From Naegleria gruberi (Eukaryota): a stretch of 64,000 nt of DNA. A program made the translations under genes and the position numbers. Location of the stretch: NCBI GenBank assembly GCA_000004985.1, contig GG738910.1; one strand, 5' to 3'. Of this stretch, positions 34,541 through 45,303 are shown in pieces (position 1 is the first letter of the stretch; each line of letters begins with the position of its first letter). The notes beneath the pieces were generated by a model. That model saw only the letters and a program-made list of their open reading frames with translations, was not told where the DNA came from and did no database searches.

Positions 34541-37342
34541 ATGCAAAAACTGACTGTTAAACTTTTAAACAAGGCTTCCTCATCCATCAACGGCAGTTAT
34601 CTTCAACAGGTGTTGGCACAAAATTCATGCCGTCATCTATCCCAAAGAGCAGCCTTTTCTACATCAATAATTAAAAGAGAAGATGTTGTAGTTGAATCAC
34701 AGGACTCAAATGCCTCTTTCAGAAAACCTGCATGGGAAAATAACATCACAACAGCCACCCTCTTCGAAGAAAATCCTGCCATTGAAGAAGGTATTGTCGT
34801 TTCTCAAGGTTTATACGGAGAACAAGCAGCTAAGTTGGAAAGAGACAGCAGAAACCAAATTCAAAAGAAGTTTGAACAATTTATTGGTGAAATCGGACAA
34901 CAAATTGATGAAGTTAAATTGTTACTTAAACAAAAAGAATTAGAAACACGTTCTATGGATATTGCAAAGGCTAGGTATAGAAAAGATTTAAAATCAGCCA
35001 CATCAAGAAATCAAAGTGCTTGCCTTCCACCAGCAAAGAAAATAATGTTGGAATGGTATGAACCATTAACAAAAATTATTCGAGAAAAACAAGATGAAGT
35101 TAATTTCTCTTGTTCTAAAAAGAAATCATCATCAACCAATACTACAACCACCACTTCCCAAGACAATTTTGCCATTCCTCTCTACCTAACCTCCATTTCA
35201 GCTGAAAAACTCGCCATTATCACTCTCCATGAACTTTTGGCATCATGTCTCAAAGAAAGAGGTGGATCACCAGTTTCTTCAATTTCCTATCAAATTGGTG
35301 ACGCTATCCAAGCAGAAATTAACGTTGAAAAGTTGAAGAGGACAAACTATTTTAAACTCATCATTAAGAATCAAATGATTTACCACAATATTAACAAAAT
35401 CTCCAAATTGAAATTGAATGAATACGTTACATTCACAAAGGAAGAGCTCGTACAATTGGGCTCGTATTTAATTCAACTTGCTCTCTCCACTGCCCACGTA
35501 CCTCTTATCTCAAATCCAAAAGAAACAGTTCCTGCCTTCATTCACAGAAATATTACCAGAAATTCCAAGATTATTGGTGTAGTTGAACCAGATGATAATT
35601 TACTTCATTTAATTGGTAGAGAACACGTCGCTCAAGAAATATTATATCCAAATCATTTGCCAATGTTGGTTCCTCCAAATCCATGGACAAGTTCTACCGC
35701 TGGTGGTTACATCGCTCTTAAAGTTTTAATAATGAGAACAAGAGGTTCTCACTTACAGGCCTATACACTAAAGTCTGCCGAATTGAACGATCTTTTATCT
35801 GGTTTAAATACACTCAATGAAACTAGATGGAGAATCAATCCAACAGTATATGAAACAGTTCTTAAAGTTTGGAATTCAGGAGGTGGATTGGGAGAATTGC
35901 CATCAAGATTTGACGATACTCTTCCAGAAGAACCAGAAACTGATGATCCAGAAATTAAGAAAAAATGGAAACGTACAGTAGAAAAGATTAAGACTCACAA
36001 TAGAAACTTACACTCTCTCAGATGTGACATGCTTCTCAAACTTAAAGTTGCTGAAGATTTCAAGGATAACACTTTCTATTTCCCACACAACATCGATTTT
36101 AGAGGAAGAGCTTATCCAATCCCTCCTCATTTGAACCATCTTGGTGCTGATATCAACAGAGGTTTACTCACTTTTGAAAAGGGAATGCCAATTGGTAAGA
36201 GGGGTATCTTTTGGCTCAAGATTCACTTGGCAAACTTGTACGGAAAAGACAAATTACCATTCGATGAAAGAGTTCAATTTGTTGATGAATATATTAATGA
36301 AATTATTGATTCTGCCGATCAACCTTTAGAAGGAAACAGATGGTGGTTGAAATCTGAAAATCCATGGCAAACATTGGCAGCTTGTGTCGAACTTGCTGAG
36401 TGTTTGCGCTCTCCAAACCCAGAAGAATTCTTATCACATCTCCCAATTCAAATGGATGGTTCATGTAATGGTTTACAGCATTATGCTGCCCTTGGTAGAG
36501 ATAACCTTGGTGCTTTGCATGTGAACTTGTTACCAACCTCTAAGCCTATGGACGTCTATGTTGGTGTATTGGAAGTTGTAAAGAAACATATTGAAAGAGA
36601 TATGAAGGCAGGAAACAAACTTGCTAAACTTTTGCATGGTAATGTTTACAGGTCTACAATTAAGCAAACTGTCATGACCAGTGTGTATGGTGTGACATTT
36701 GTCGGAGCTAGAGAACAAATTCAAAAACGTCTTAAGGAAAAGAAGGAAGTTCCAGAAGATGATGTATTTGCCTGTGCCTCATACCTTGCTTCTATTACAC
36801 TTAAATCACTTGGTGAAGTTTTTAGTAGTGCTCAAAATATTATGGAATGGCTCAATGATTGTGCTCTTTTAATATCCTCATCAGATACACCTGTAAGCTG
36901 GATTACACCTTTGGGTTTACCTGTCATTCAACCATACAGATCTAAACGATCAAAGATTGTGAAGACGGTTATGCAAAGCATTACTCTTGCCGATTCATCT
37001 GATAAACTTCCAGTAAGCAGAACCAGACAAAAATCCGCATTCCCACCTAACTATGTTCACTCCCTTGATTCATCCCACATGTTTATGACTGCTAGTGCAT
37101 GTCAAAAAGAAGGAATTGAATTTGCTGCTGTTCACGACTCTTTCTGGTGTAATGCTGGTAACGTTGACAGAATGAACACAATTATCAGAGAACAATTCAT
37201 CAATCTCCATTCTCAACCTTTGCTTGAAGAATTGAATGCTACCTTTACTAATTTATATCCACAAATCCAATTCCCACCTCTTCCAAAGAAGGGATCTTTA
37301 GATTTAACTCGAGTTTTAGATGCCCCATATTTCTTCGATTAA
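34541..37342 (+). CDS. rpo41: mitochondrial single-subunit (T7-phage-type) DNA-directed RNA polymerase
   Basis: 933-aa single exon with presequence-like N-terminus. T7-RNAP motifs seen: DGSCNGLQHYAALGRD (motif A region), YGVTFVGAREQI, HDSFW (motif C). Confidence 0.9.
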   Translation: MQKLTVKLLNKASSSINGSYLQQVLAQNSCRHLSQRAAFSTSIIKREDVVVESQDSNASFRKPAWENNITTATLFEENPAIEEGIVVSQGLYGEQAAKLERDSRNQIQKKFEQFIGEIGQQIDEVKLLLKQKELETRSMDIAKARYRKDLKSATSRNQSACLPPAKKIMLEWYEPLTKIIREKQDEVNFSCSKKKSSSTNTTTTTSQDNFAIPLYLTSISAEKLAIITLHELLASCLKERGGSPVSSISYQIGDAIQAEINVEKLKRTNYFKLIIKNQMIYHNINKISKLKLNEYVTFTKEELVQLGSYLIQLALSTAHVPLISNPKETVPAFIHRNITRNSKIIGVVEPDDNLLHLIGREHVAQEILYPNHLPMLVPPNPWTSSTAGGYIALKVLIMRTRGSHLQAYTLKSAELNDLLSGLNTLNETRWRINPTVYETVLKVWNSGGGLGELPSRFDDTLPEEPETDDPEIKKKWKRTVEKIKTHNRNLHSLRCDMLLKLKVAEDFKDNTFYFPHNIDFRGRAYPIPPHLNHLGADINRGLLTFEKGMPIGKRGIFWLKIHLANLYGKDKLPFDERVQFVDEYINEIIDSADQPLEGNRWWLKSENPWQTLAACVELAECLRSPNPEEFLSHLPIQMDGSCNGLQHYAALGRDNLGALHVNLLPTSKPMDVYVGVLEVVKKHIERDMKAGNKLAKLLHGNVYRSTIKQTVMTSVYGVTFVGAREQIQKRLKEKKEVPEDDVFACASYLASITLKSLGEVFSSAQNIMEWLNDCALLISSSDTPVSWITPLGLPVIQPYRSKRSKIVKTVMQSITLADSSDKLPVSRTRQKSAFPPNYVHSLDSSHMFMTASACQKEGIEFAAVHDSFWCNAGNVDRMNTIIREQFINLHSQPLLEELNATFTNLYPQIQFPPLPKKGSLDLTRVLDAPYFFD

Positions 37343-37475
37343 CAAGTTTCTTCTAATAAATCATACCACCTTTTCGATTTTTACGTAGTCTTCGGAGCTC
37401 TTTCTCCGTTTGCCAAATTTTCTATTTAAAAATTTATAAAATAAAATATTTATTTTTTAATCATAATAATAAAAA

Positions 37476-38240
37476 ATGTCTGACTCAAAGAATAGACTTC
37501 AAGTCCTTCCAAGTCGTATGACTTTGTCTAACATGAAAATTCGTTTGCAAGGTGCCAAGAAGGGTTACAGTTTATTAAAGAAAAAGTCTGATGCTTTGAA
37601 TATTAAATTCCGTTCCATCTTGAAGGATATCAAGGATCAAAAGGAAGGCATGTCGGATATGTTCCGTAAAGCCTACTTCTCACTTGCTGAAGCTCGTTAT
37701 AATGCTGGAGATATTTCATATGCTGTGATTGAAAGTGTTAAAAGTGCTGCTACAAAAGTCAAGATGCGTACAGACAATATTGCTGGTGTTACTTTGCCAG
37801 TTTTCCAACAAGATGATAGTTCACAAAGTGAAGAAGGAATGACATCAATGATTTCACGTGGTGGTGAACAAATTCAAAACTGTAAATCCATCTTTACTGA
37901 AGCACTTCAAAGTCTCATCAAACTTGCCAGTTTACAAACCAGTTTCGTTACACTCGATCAAGCAATCAAATTAACAAATCGTCGTGTTAACGCTTTGGAA
38001 AAGGTTATTCAACCAAGAATTCAAAATACTATTAGTTATATTATCAGTGAATTGGATGAATTGGAAAGAGAGGAATTCTTTAGATTGAAGAAGATTCGTA
38101 ACAAGAAGATCAAGGACGCTCAAAGGAAACAAAAGATTGCTGATGAATTGAAGAAGTTGAATCCAACATCATCCGAACCAGTTCATCAAACCCAACAAAA
38201 GAACGTTTTGGATACATTCGATGATGAAATTGTTGTGTAA
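37476..38240 (+). CDS. vatD: V-type H+-ATPase subunit D
   Basis: [35 protein letters not shown] and [17 protein letters not shown] are characteristic of V/A-ATPase D subunits. Confidence 0.9.
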   Translation: MSDSKNRLQVLPSRMTLSNMKIRLQGAKKGYSLLKKKSDALNIKFRSILKDIKDQKEGMSDMFRKAYFSLAEARYNAGDISYAVIESVKSAATKVKMRTDNIAGVTLPVFQQDDSSQSEEGMTSMISRGGEQIQNCKSIFTEALQSLIKLASLQTSFVTLDQAIKLTNRRVNALEKVIQPRIQNTISYIISELDELEREEFFRLKKIRNKKIKDAQRKQKIADELKKLNPTSSEPVHQTQQKNVLDTFDDEIVV

Positions 38241-38441
38241 ATTATTAATAAAAACCCATTTAATTAAAAATTAGTTTACTTCTAAGATTTTTACAAGGAG
38301 ATTGTCCAAACTTATTCAAACATATGACAATTGAGGTCTTCTCTACTTTCATCCCTATTGGTTTCTTAATTGAGCCAGTAACCGTTGGAATGAAAGAGTG
38401 CCACCCATGTACGACCTTGACTCAAACAACATCAAATAAAA

Positions 38442-40907
38442 ATGTCCACAAGACTAGTGGATTACATTGCAGTTGTTGGCTCTCCCTATGACCCCAGGGA
38501 AATGATGCACACCAAGAGGTTGTCGTCAACAATAACAAAATACACTTCAACAGTGGGAAGGGATCAAACAATTGATAGTGAAGAAGATGAAGAACAGAGA
38601 AGTAATTTATCTGAAGTTGAATCTGAAACTTTGTCTGTTGGGGAAAATTCATCTAATATAATTGATGATAAAGTTTCTGTTGGAGTTGTAGTCGAGGAGG
38701 TAGGAATGAATAGTTATGATGCAGTGTTTGATAATAGTGCGGAAATGTTTATGGACAAACTTAGGAAACCAATTGTATTGGACAGATATCCAAGAGAGGA
38801 CTATCCTTCAGCTCCACTATCACCTGAAATACCTCTCTTTTGTTTTCCGAATGGAGAGATTGGAATTCGTATTGATGAATGTACTTTACCAATGTATTAT
38901 ACTTTTGTTTTAACTGCTGCTGATGGTAACAAAACCTATGGAGCTTGCCTAAATATTTGGGAGGAATATCATTTGGAAGATGAATTATTGAATACTGAAA
39001 AGAAGGATAATGATGACGGAATGATTTCCATAACTTTTGATCCAATCAAGACTGAACGAGAGACTTCTACAATTTATATGTCAAAAAGCATTGTACTAAT
39101 TTCTCATTATCCATTCTATAATTTATTCAAATTCTTTCTGACTCAAATGTATAGAATTAGTATTACACCATCTAAAATACCAATTGAAAGATTTATTTCA
39201 AATTTCATTTTTGAGGTACCTCTACCTTGTCAGGGAAAAGTACAGGTCCACTACAGCATTGGTGATAAGGAGATTTTTATAACAAGACCTCCACCTAATG
39301 AGTTACCGATGGCTGAAGTTGATTTTGAACTCTTATTTTGTACATTAAGCATTGAGAACATTATGATTTTATTTGATTTAGTATTACAAGAAAAAAAAAT
39401 TTTATTTACTTCAAGTCATGTAGCTTTATTGACTCAAATTTCTGAGATTATTTGCCATTTAGTGTTTCCTTTCAAGTGGCACCATATTTATATTCCATTA
39501 TTACCTGCCAAATGTGCAGAATTTTTATTTGCTCCAGTTCCCTTTATGATGGGATTGGCAAAGGATTTTGTAAATAATATCGAGATACCATCAGATGTTT
39601 TCCAAATAGATTTGGATAACAATCAAATTGTTTGTTCAAAGCAGCAATCAATTCCAAATCTTCCTGAAAAACAAAAGATTAGATTACAAAACACTTTGAA
39701 TAGCTTGGTAAGGACAAAAGTTGGATCCCAAAGAGCTATTGATAAGTTGCACTTTGTAGATCTAGCTTATGCTATGGCTCCAATTACAGAAGAGATTGAC
39801 CCAAAAACAGGAGAGGCATTTCCATTCCCAACACGAGAAGTAAGAATGGCTTTCACACGATTTTTCGTTTCTCTCTTTTTCAAATATAAGAATTTTTTCA
39901 GAGAAGCTCAGGATTCTGAGCTAGAGAGCATGTTAGATTTAGATCATTTCTTTAATAAGAATGCATTCACACACCAACTTCCAGAACAGGCTAGATCATT
40001 TATGGAAATATTTCTGCATACTCAAACATTTGAAAGGTTTTTATTAGATAGATTGGAAAAAGTAAATCAGAATGAAGTTCAATATTTCGAAGAATTAATG
40101 ATACAGAAAGATAATGAATCAAAGTTCAAGTTCAGAAAGCAACCAACCCCATTTCTCTCCAAAAATTTTGCCATCTCAAGAACGTTGATGGCTCTTTCAC
40201 CAGATAACTCCAATCTTACTTCAAGTACTGAACCATATATTTATTTATATTTTCCAACTAAGTTAGATCATACGCTATTCACTAAAAGAGAATATACTCA
40301 ACTATTAGTTTCAGAATCTGACGTGGTTTCTAATAATGAAATTAACTTATCATGGAAATCTTGTATTGCTGCTCTCTCATCCCTTTCTACAAATCAGTAC
40401 TCCAACAAAACAGATAATAATACAAAGATGGCATCAGCAAATATAATACTAGATGAAAATAGAAATGAGAACCTTTTTGATAGATTCTCATTCCAGACGG
40501 ATTCAAAATGTTATCATTGTGAGCATATTTGTAAGGAATCTGAAATAAGGTCTGGTTGGAGTTCAAGTAATTCGCAGAGTTATACAACAACATGTACACA
40601 TTGCTCCAAACAATTCGTTCCTTACTTTTCAGTTTACTTTAAACTTCCTTCAGTCACACAAGAATTACACCAGTTAACCTCTGTTGAATATCTATCACCT
40701 CTAGTGATAAGAAAAGAAATTGAAAATTTGATATCACATGATGTCAAAGCAGATTCTGCCCTGTGTTGGCAGCACCCAGTACTTTTTTGGAATCTTGTGG
40801 TACATTTCAGATCACTTCCTCTTTCGTTTATATTTCCATGTATTGATTGGAATGCTATTCAATCTCATCTTGTTACATCTCTATCTCAAAATTCTACTGT
40901 TAATTGA
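38442..40907 (+). CDS. tripartite DENN (uDENN-DENN-dDENN) domain protein, putative Rab GEF
   Basis: FCFPNGEIGI...YTFVLT (uDENN), FISNFIFEVPLPCQGKVQVHY...ELLFCTLSIENIMILFDLVLQEKKILF (DENN core), dDENN-like C-terminal part; Cys-rich tail. Confidence 0.8.
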   Translation: MSTRLVDYIAVVGSPYDPREMMHTKRLSSTITKYTSTVGRDQTIDSEEDEEQRSNLSEVESETLSVGENSSNIIDDKVSVGVVVEEVGMNSYDAVFDNSAEMFMDKLRKPIVLDRYPREDYPSAPLSPEIPLFCFPNGEIGIRIDECTLPMYYTFVLTAADGNKTYGACLNIWEEYHLEDELLNTEKKDNDDGMISITFDPIKTERETSTIYMSKSIVLISHYPFYNLFKFFLTQMYRISITPSKIPIERFISNFIFEVPLPCQGKVQVHYSIGDKEIFITRPPPNELPMAEVDFELLFCTLSIENIMILFDLVLQEKKILFTSSHVALLTQISEIICHLVFPFKWHHIYIPLLPAKCAEFLFAPVPFMMGLAKDFVNNIEIPSDVFQIDLDNNQIVCSKQQSIPNLPEKQKIRLQNTLNSLVRTKVGSQRAIDKLHFVDLAYAMAPITEEIDPKTGEAFPFPTREVRMAFTRFFVSLFFKYKNFFREAQDSELESMLDLDHFFNKNAFTHQLPEQARSFMEIFLHTQTFERFLLDRLEKVNQNEVQYFEELMIQKDNESKFKFRKQPTPFLSKNFAISRTLMALSPDNSNLTSSTEPYIYLYFPTKLDHTLFTKREYTQLLVSESDVVSNNEINLSWKSCIAALSSLSTNQYSNKTDNNTKMASANIILDENRNENLFDRFSFQTDSKCYHCEHICKESEIRSGWSSSNSQSYTTTCTHCSKQFVPYFSVYFKLPSVTQELHQLTSVEYLSPLVIRKEIENLISHDVKADSALCWQHPVLFWNLVVHFRSLPLSFIFPCIDWNAIQSHLVTSLSQNSTVN

Positions 40908-41192
40908 ACCAGCTGCCCTGTCCAATTTAAAATGAGCAAGATTTTAATTATGATTTGTAGTATTTAGATAACTAAATAAATGAATTATAGTATTAATATA
41001 ACCTCTTGACGTTGAATAACTGAAACAAAGGAGCTGTTTGTCGTTAATGGATGGGTATTAAAACTCTAATTGAATATACTTCAAACAAAGAAAAATCTGA
41101 ATAGCCTTCAAAAGGAATCAAGCTCTGAGAAAACTCAAATATTCATGTATTGAATCATACATATGGTCCTTCTGTTTAGCACGATCTAAAAA

Positions 41193-42860
41193 ATGTCTCC
41201 ATACCCTACAACAGGCTTTGGATTTCATAGTATAGGGAAATTTTTGAAACAAGGAGATGATAAATCCTTATTACCTCATTTTCAACAGGCCGAAAACACC
41301 TCAAATATATTTATCTTAAGAAGATATAGATGGTTTTTGGTTGGTGTTTTCGTGTGTTTCTTTATGTGTTTTGTACGGTGGAATACTAATTCTGAGGATG
41401 AAATCAATAATAATACTGTGATCATAACCTCTGATCATAAAATTGGAAACAAGATTGAATCAATGCAAACTCATTCTACACTTGTGGTGAGTGAACAAGG
41501 CATTAGACTTGAACCAGAGGTGAAGCAGGTACCTATGGTTAAGGAGGATCCAAAACACACCTTCACCGGAATTTTATTACATTTTAAAAGAAGAAATGGT
41601 ATTAAGAAAATCCTTTCAATGATGATTAAATACCCTTTTATTTCTCAAGTAATTGTGTGGAATAACAATCCTGACGTTAGCATAACTCACCAAAATCTGA
41701 TAGAGGACTATCTTTCTGATGGAGAAAAATCAAAAACACTCGAAAAGTACAAGGAAATGGTTTTTATTCACAATCATAATGAAAATATTAAGGACAAAGC
41801 AAAATATTTAGCTTGTGAATTGGCAAATACTACAGCTTGTTTCTACTGTGATGATGATTGGGATATAACAAGATACGCCAACGCTCTACTAGCAGACTTC
41901 TACAATGAGCCTAGCGTTATGCATAGTGTAACAGAACCATACACGTATTACACAAACCTTGTTTGGTCCTTTTATGATTCAAATATTAATCTTCACACAG
42001 CTTTTGCTTGGATTGGTTGTGGGTCTATGTTCTTGAAGTCACTTGCTGTTAACCACCTCCAAAAAGTTGACAAGTTTTTGGAATCGAATCCAAAATTGAA
42101 AAATCTTGTTCCTCTGAGTGATATATTTTTCTCAATATGGCAAAATAATGCTCCTTCACAGATTGTTGCTAACATTGCAGAAATAAGTGTAGAGAAGGAA
42201 AATGTGGCATTTTCTAGTCAGGGTGGGTTTTTACAATTACAACATGAATCAAGTATGATGGCTATTAAGATTCTTCATGATGAACTCACATACAACTCTT
42301 TCTTTACAATATTCCCAAAGAAAGAGATTGAAAATCCATTTCCTCTCTTCCTTAAATCACCTTCTTCAAAGGATTCATTCTTATTTTATTCAGACTTGTT
42401 TCCGTTCTTATTGAAAAATGTTTCCTTTGACATTACAAACCATGTTCATGCAAAAAGAAGCACTAGAGATAACCTTCCTCAAGGTGCTGATGTTGATTTT
42501 TTTTACAACAACAACCCAACAAGGGCGGTTGATTCTGATCCATCATCTTGTTGGCAATCAAACAGAAACGTTGGCATGGACAGTTTTTTTGGAGTGGATC
42601 TGTATTCTGTTGTAACAGATATCGCTATTGAAATTATTTACTCACACACAAAAGATTTTCATGCAACCCTCAAAACAAGACACTCCATTGACAGGAAAAA
42701 TTGGGTTGACACAAGTGCAGCCAGCTATGAATCGAATAACTTTTCTCGCCACTCATTCAAAGACTCAGTAAGATATATCGAGTTCTTCACTCAAACTGGC
42801 TCAAGAAACAAATTTGGTATTTGTGATTTTAAAGTTTTCAAGAATGGAACCTCTATCTAA
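41193..42860 (+). CDS. type II membrane glycosyltransferase, GT64/EXTL-like catalytic region fused to C-terminal F5/8 type C (discoidin) domain
   Basis: TM FLVGVFVCFFMCFV. Catalytic region FTGILLHF..ISQVIVWNNNP...ACFYCDDDWD...VW parallels the GT64 pattern (FT.VI...QIIVLWN...LDEDT...VW). C-terminal AVDSDPSSCWQS...GVDL...RYIEFF...FKVFKNG fits the discoidin fold. Confidence 0.55.
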   Translation: MSPYPTTGFGFHSIGKFLKQGDDKSLLPHFQQAENTSNIFILRRYRWFLVGVFVCFFMCFVRWNTNSEDEINNNTVIITSDHKIGNKIESMQTHSTLVVSEQGIRLEPEVKQVPMVKEDPKHTFTGILLHFKRRNGIKKILSMMIKYPFISQVIVWNNNPDVSITHQNLIEDYLSDGEKSKTLEKYKEMVFIHNHNENIKDKAKYLACELANTTACFYCDDDWDITRYANALLADFYNEPSVMHSVTEPYTYYTNLVWSFYDSNINLHTAFAWIGCGSMFLKSLAVNHLQKVDKFLESNPKLKNLVPLSDIFFSIWQNNAPSQIVANIAEISVEKENVAFSSQGGFLQLQHESSMMAIKILHDELTYNSFFTIFPKKEIENPFPLFLKSPSSKDSFLFYSDLFPFLLKNVSFDITNHVHAKRSTRDNLPQGADVDFFYNNNPTRAVDSDPSSCWQSNRNVGMDSFFGVDLYSVVTDIAIEIIYSHTKDFHATLKTRHSIDRKNWVDTSAASYESNNFSRHSFKDSVRYIEFFTQTGSRNKFGICDFKVFKNGTSI

Positions 42861-42935
42861 TAAAATCCGTTGCAGTACTACTAATGGGACTGAATTGCAA
42901 TAAATTTAGCACTAGATATTAAAAAAAAAACAAAA

Positions 42936-45073
42936 ATGGTGCTAGAGGAATTAACAGATGCCGAAAGACCTTCATCACAAAAGAAGAAAAAGGAAAACAA
43001 CCACTTCCACCCGATGCTATGGGCCATTCGGGAGAAGTCTATCATCCTATTTTGACAAGGTCTGCAGGCTATTCAAATGAACAACAGAAACAGGAACACA
43101 CTTTTCTTGTGAGTCATACACATGGCTTTGAACAAATTGTGAAGGATGAAATTCTTTTACTTTTTGACTCATTAAATTTGATGTAATTTAATTGGTATGA
43201 AAAATTAAATCCGAAAATTAGGGTCCACGATTATCCAACAACTATTGCTGGTAAATTTATGAAAAAGGTGGAAAACTCGGTACCAAACTACCTAAAAACT
43301 TTGAGTGAGAGTCACAAAGTGACATTTGTTAATTTTTCTAATTTATTTGAAATTGAATTTTTATATTCTAGAAATGGATTATTAATATTTAATGTTTCTT
43401 CTAAAGGAAGTGATAATAATTTATTTATGGAAAATCTAGTTTATTTAGTCTGCCATTTAAATGCTATTCCTAGTATTGATTTTGTGTATTCATTTATTTG
43501 CATTGTTCCTGATATACCCTTTGATAAAGAGACTACAATGCCAATATTTGCAGAAACTATACCAAAAAGAGAACAAGATACTCAAACATAGAAACAATCC
43601 TTTGAACTATTCGAAAAATTATATTGCAAAAAGTTTGAAAAACAAAATCTTTATTCCAAGGATACCAACTTTAGGGCTACTGGTGTAAGAAAACAAACAA
43701 GTATTTTGAAGCATGACTACAAATCAATGGATATGGCCGCTGAGTATGGATATGGAATTGGGGAAACAATTTGCAAGGACATGAAGGTTAACCTGAAAAA
43801 GTATGACCTTGACATGTTAATTTATTTGGATATTGATAGAGTGTTTATAGGAATGCTATTGTCCCCTCCATTACATGCTTTAGAAGAATTGAAAATTAGT
43901 TCAGCATGTTCAGGACATGGTGGTTGCATCTCACCAAATAATTGTTCATGTGTCTCTGGATATTATGGAAGTGATTGTAGCCAATTTGATTGTTATGGAA
44001 CTGCCTCCACAAATACATCAACATGTACTAATCACGGTAGTTGTATATCCCCAAATAACTGTTCCTGCTTATCAGACTATTATGGAAAAGAGTGTACTCA
44101 ATATGATTGTTTTGGAACTATTTCAACAAATGGTTCAGTATGTTCTGGACACGGTACCTGTCTCTCACCAAATAACTGCTCATGCTTAGCTGGATATTAT
44201 GGAAATGATTGTAGTGAATTTGATTGTTACGAAACTGCCTCCACAAATGCATCAGCATGTTCTGGACATGGTGGTTGCATCTCACCAAATAATTGTTCTT
44301 GTTTAGATGGATACTACGGAAATGTTTGTAGTCAATTTGATTGTTATGGAACTGCCTCAACAAGACATTTTTCTTTGAATAATCAAGTTATTGATAGAAA
44401 TCTCAGTGAGGACGAATTGAATGAATTGAATTCATGTGATTTGATTTATTCATACACTAAACAAGATATTAGATTAACCTTCGGAAAATCTATCTTGAAA
44501 CCTCAAACAAGTTACATGCTTTGGAAAACTTTACTGATGGAAAATTCAATTTTACGAGACAAATTATTCCAACAATCACAATTAGTTACTTTTGTTGATC
44601 CATTTGCAGGAAGTGGTACTCTTTCACTCTCACTTAATTATCTCTTCACTGATAATGATCCTAAAGTTCAACTTTATAATATTGATTTCAATCTAGATGA
44701 AGTGAGTGTTATGAAGGATAATTGCAGCAAAAACAGAAATAATCATATTTTAAATTGTGATTCTAGATTCTTACCTTTTAGAAATGAAAGCATTGATGTT
44801 GTTATATCAGATATGCCATTTGGAGTTTTATGTGAAAATCACTCTAGAAACTCAAAGGTCTACCCAAAGATTGTAAAACAACTCGAAAGAATTGTTAAGC
44901 CTGATGGAATTGTAATGCTGTTGACAATTGAACTTACCTTACTGGAATCTCAACTGAATGCCAGAAATCGGTGGACATTCACAACACAAAAAGTAACACT
45001 TGGAGATTTAGGTAAGGAATCCAAGCAACCATTTACATTGGCAAGAAGAAACCTCCACAAAATAAATTTATGA
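42936..45073 (+). pseudogene. methyltransferase copy B (inverted paralog of the 1..1492 gene), disrupted by a 1-nt deletion (~42995) and a TGG>TAG nonsense (43589..43591) and carrying a 465-bp in-frame insertion; a C-terminal ORF 43706..45073 remains open
   Basis: Direct nucleotide comparison with the reverse complement of 1..1492. About 97% identity from ~42975 onward. Copy A reads through where copy B has stops. DPFAGSGT/DMPFG methyltransferase motifs are intact in the open C-terminal ORF. Confidence 0.6.
43898..44362 (+). repeat. 465-bp array of ~4 tandem 117-bp (39-aa) EGF-like/tenascin-type cysteine repeats inserted in frame into methyltransferase copy B
   Basis: Repeat unit (S/T)ACSGHGGCISPNNCSC(L/V)xGYYGxDCSQFDCYGTASTN(T/A)S, iterated about 4 times. 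First and fourth units are near-identical at the nt level. The sequence is absent from copy A, which goes straight from ...gaaaatt to agacattttt. Confidence 0.75.
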
Positions 45074-45303
45074 TCAGTAATCAATTAAACCTCTTTTGCT
45101 GACAAGTCATCCGGCCGTGTTCTGTAATCACATGTCATTAATGTAACAAGCAGAAGAAAGGCTAGATTTTTCCACATCAAAAAAACAAAAAAATATTTGG
45201 TAAGTGTTTGGCTGTTCTCACTCTTTGCTCTTACACTGCTCGTATTGATGATTTGATAATGATGATGCGATCGCAAAAACAACAACAGTAGTATACTATC
45301 AAG

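Noticed and set aside
43898-44362. Regular 117-bp tandem repeats as a possible CRISPR or satellite array
   Set aside because: The units abut without spacers. They are in frame and encode EGF-like cysteine repeats within a eukaryotic ORF. This is a coding minisatellite, not CRISPR.
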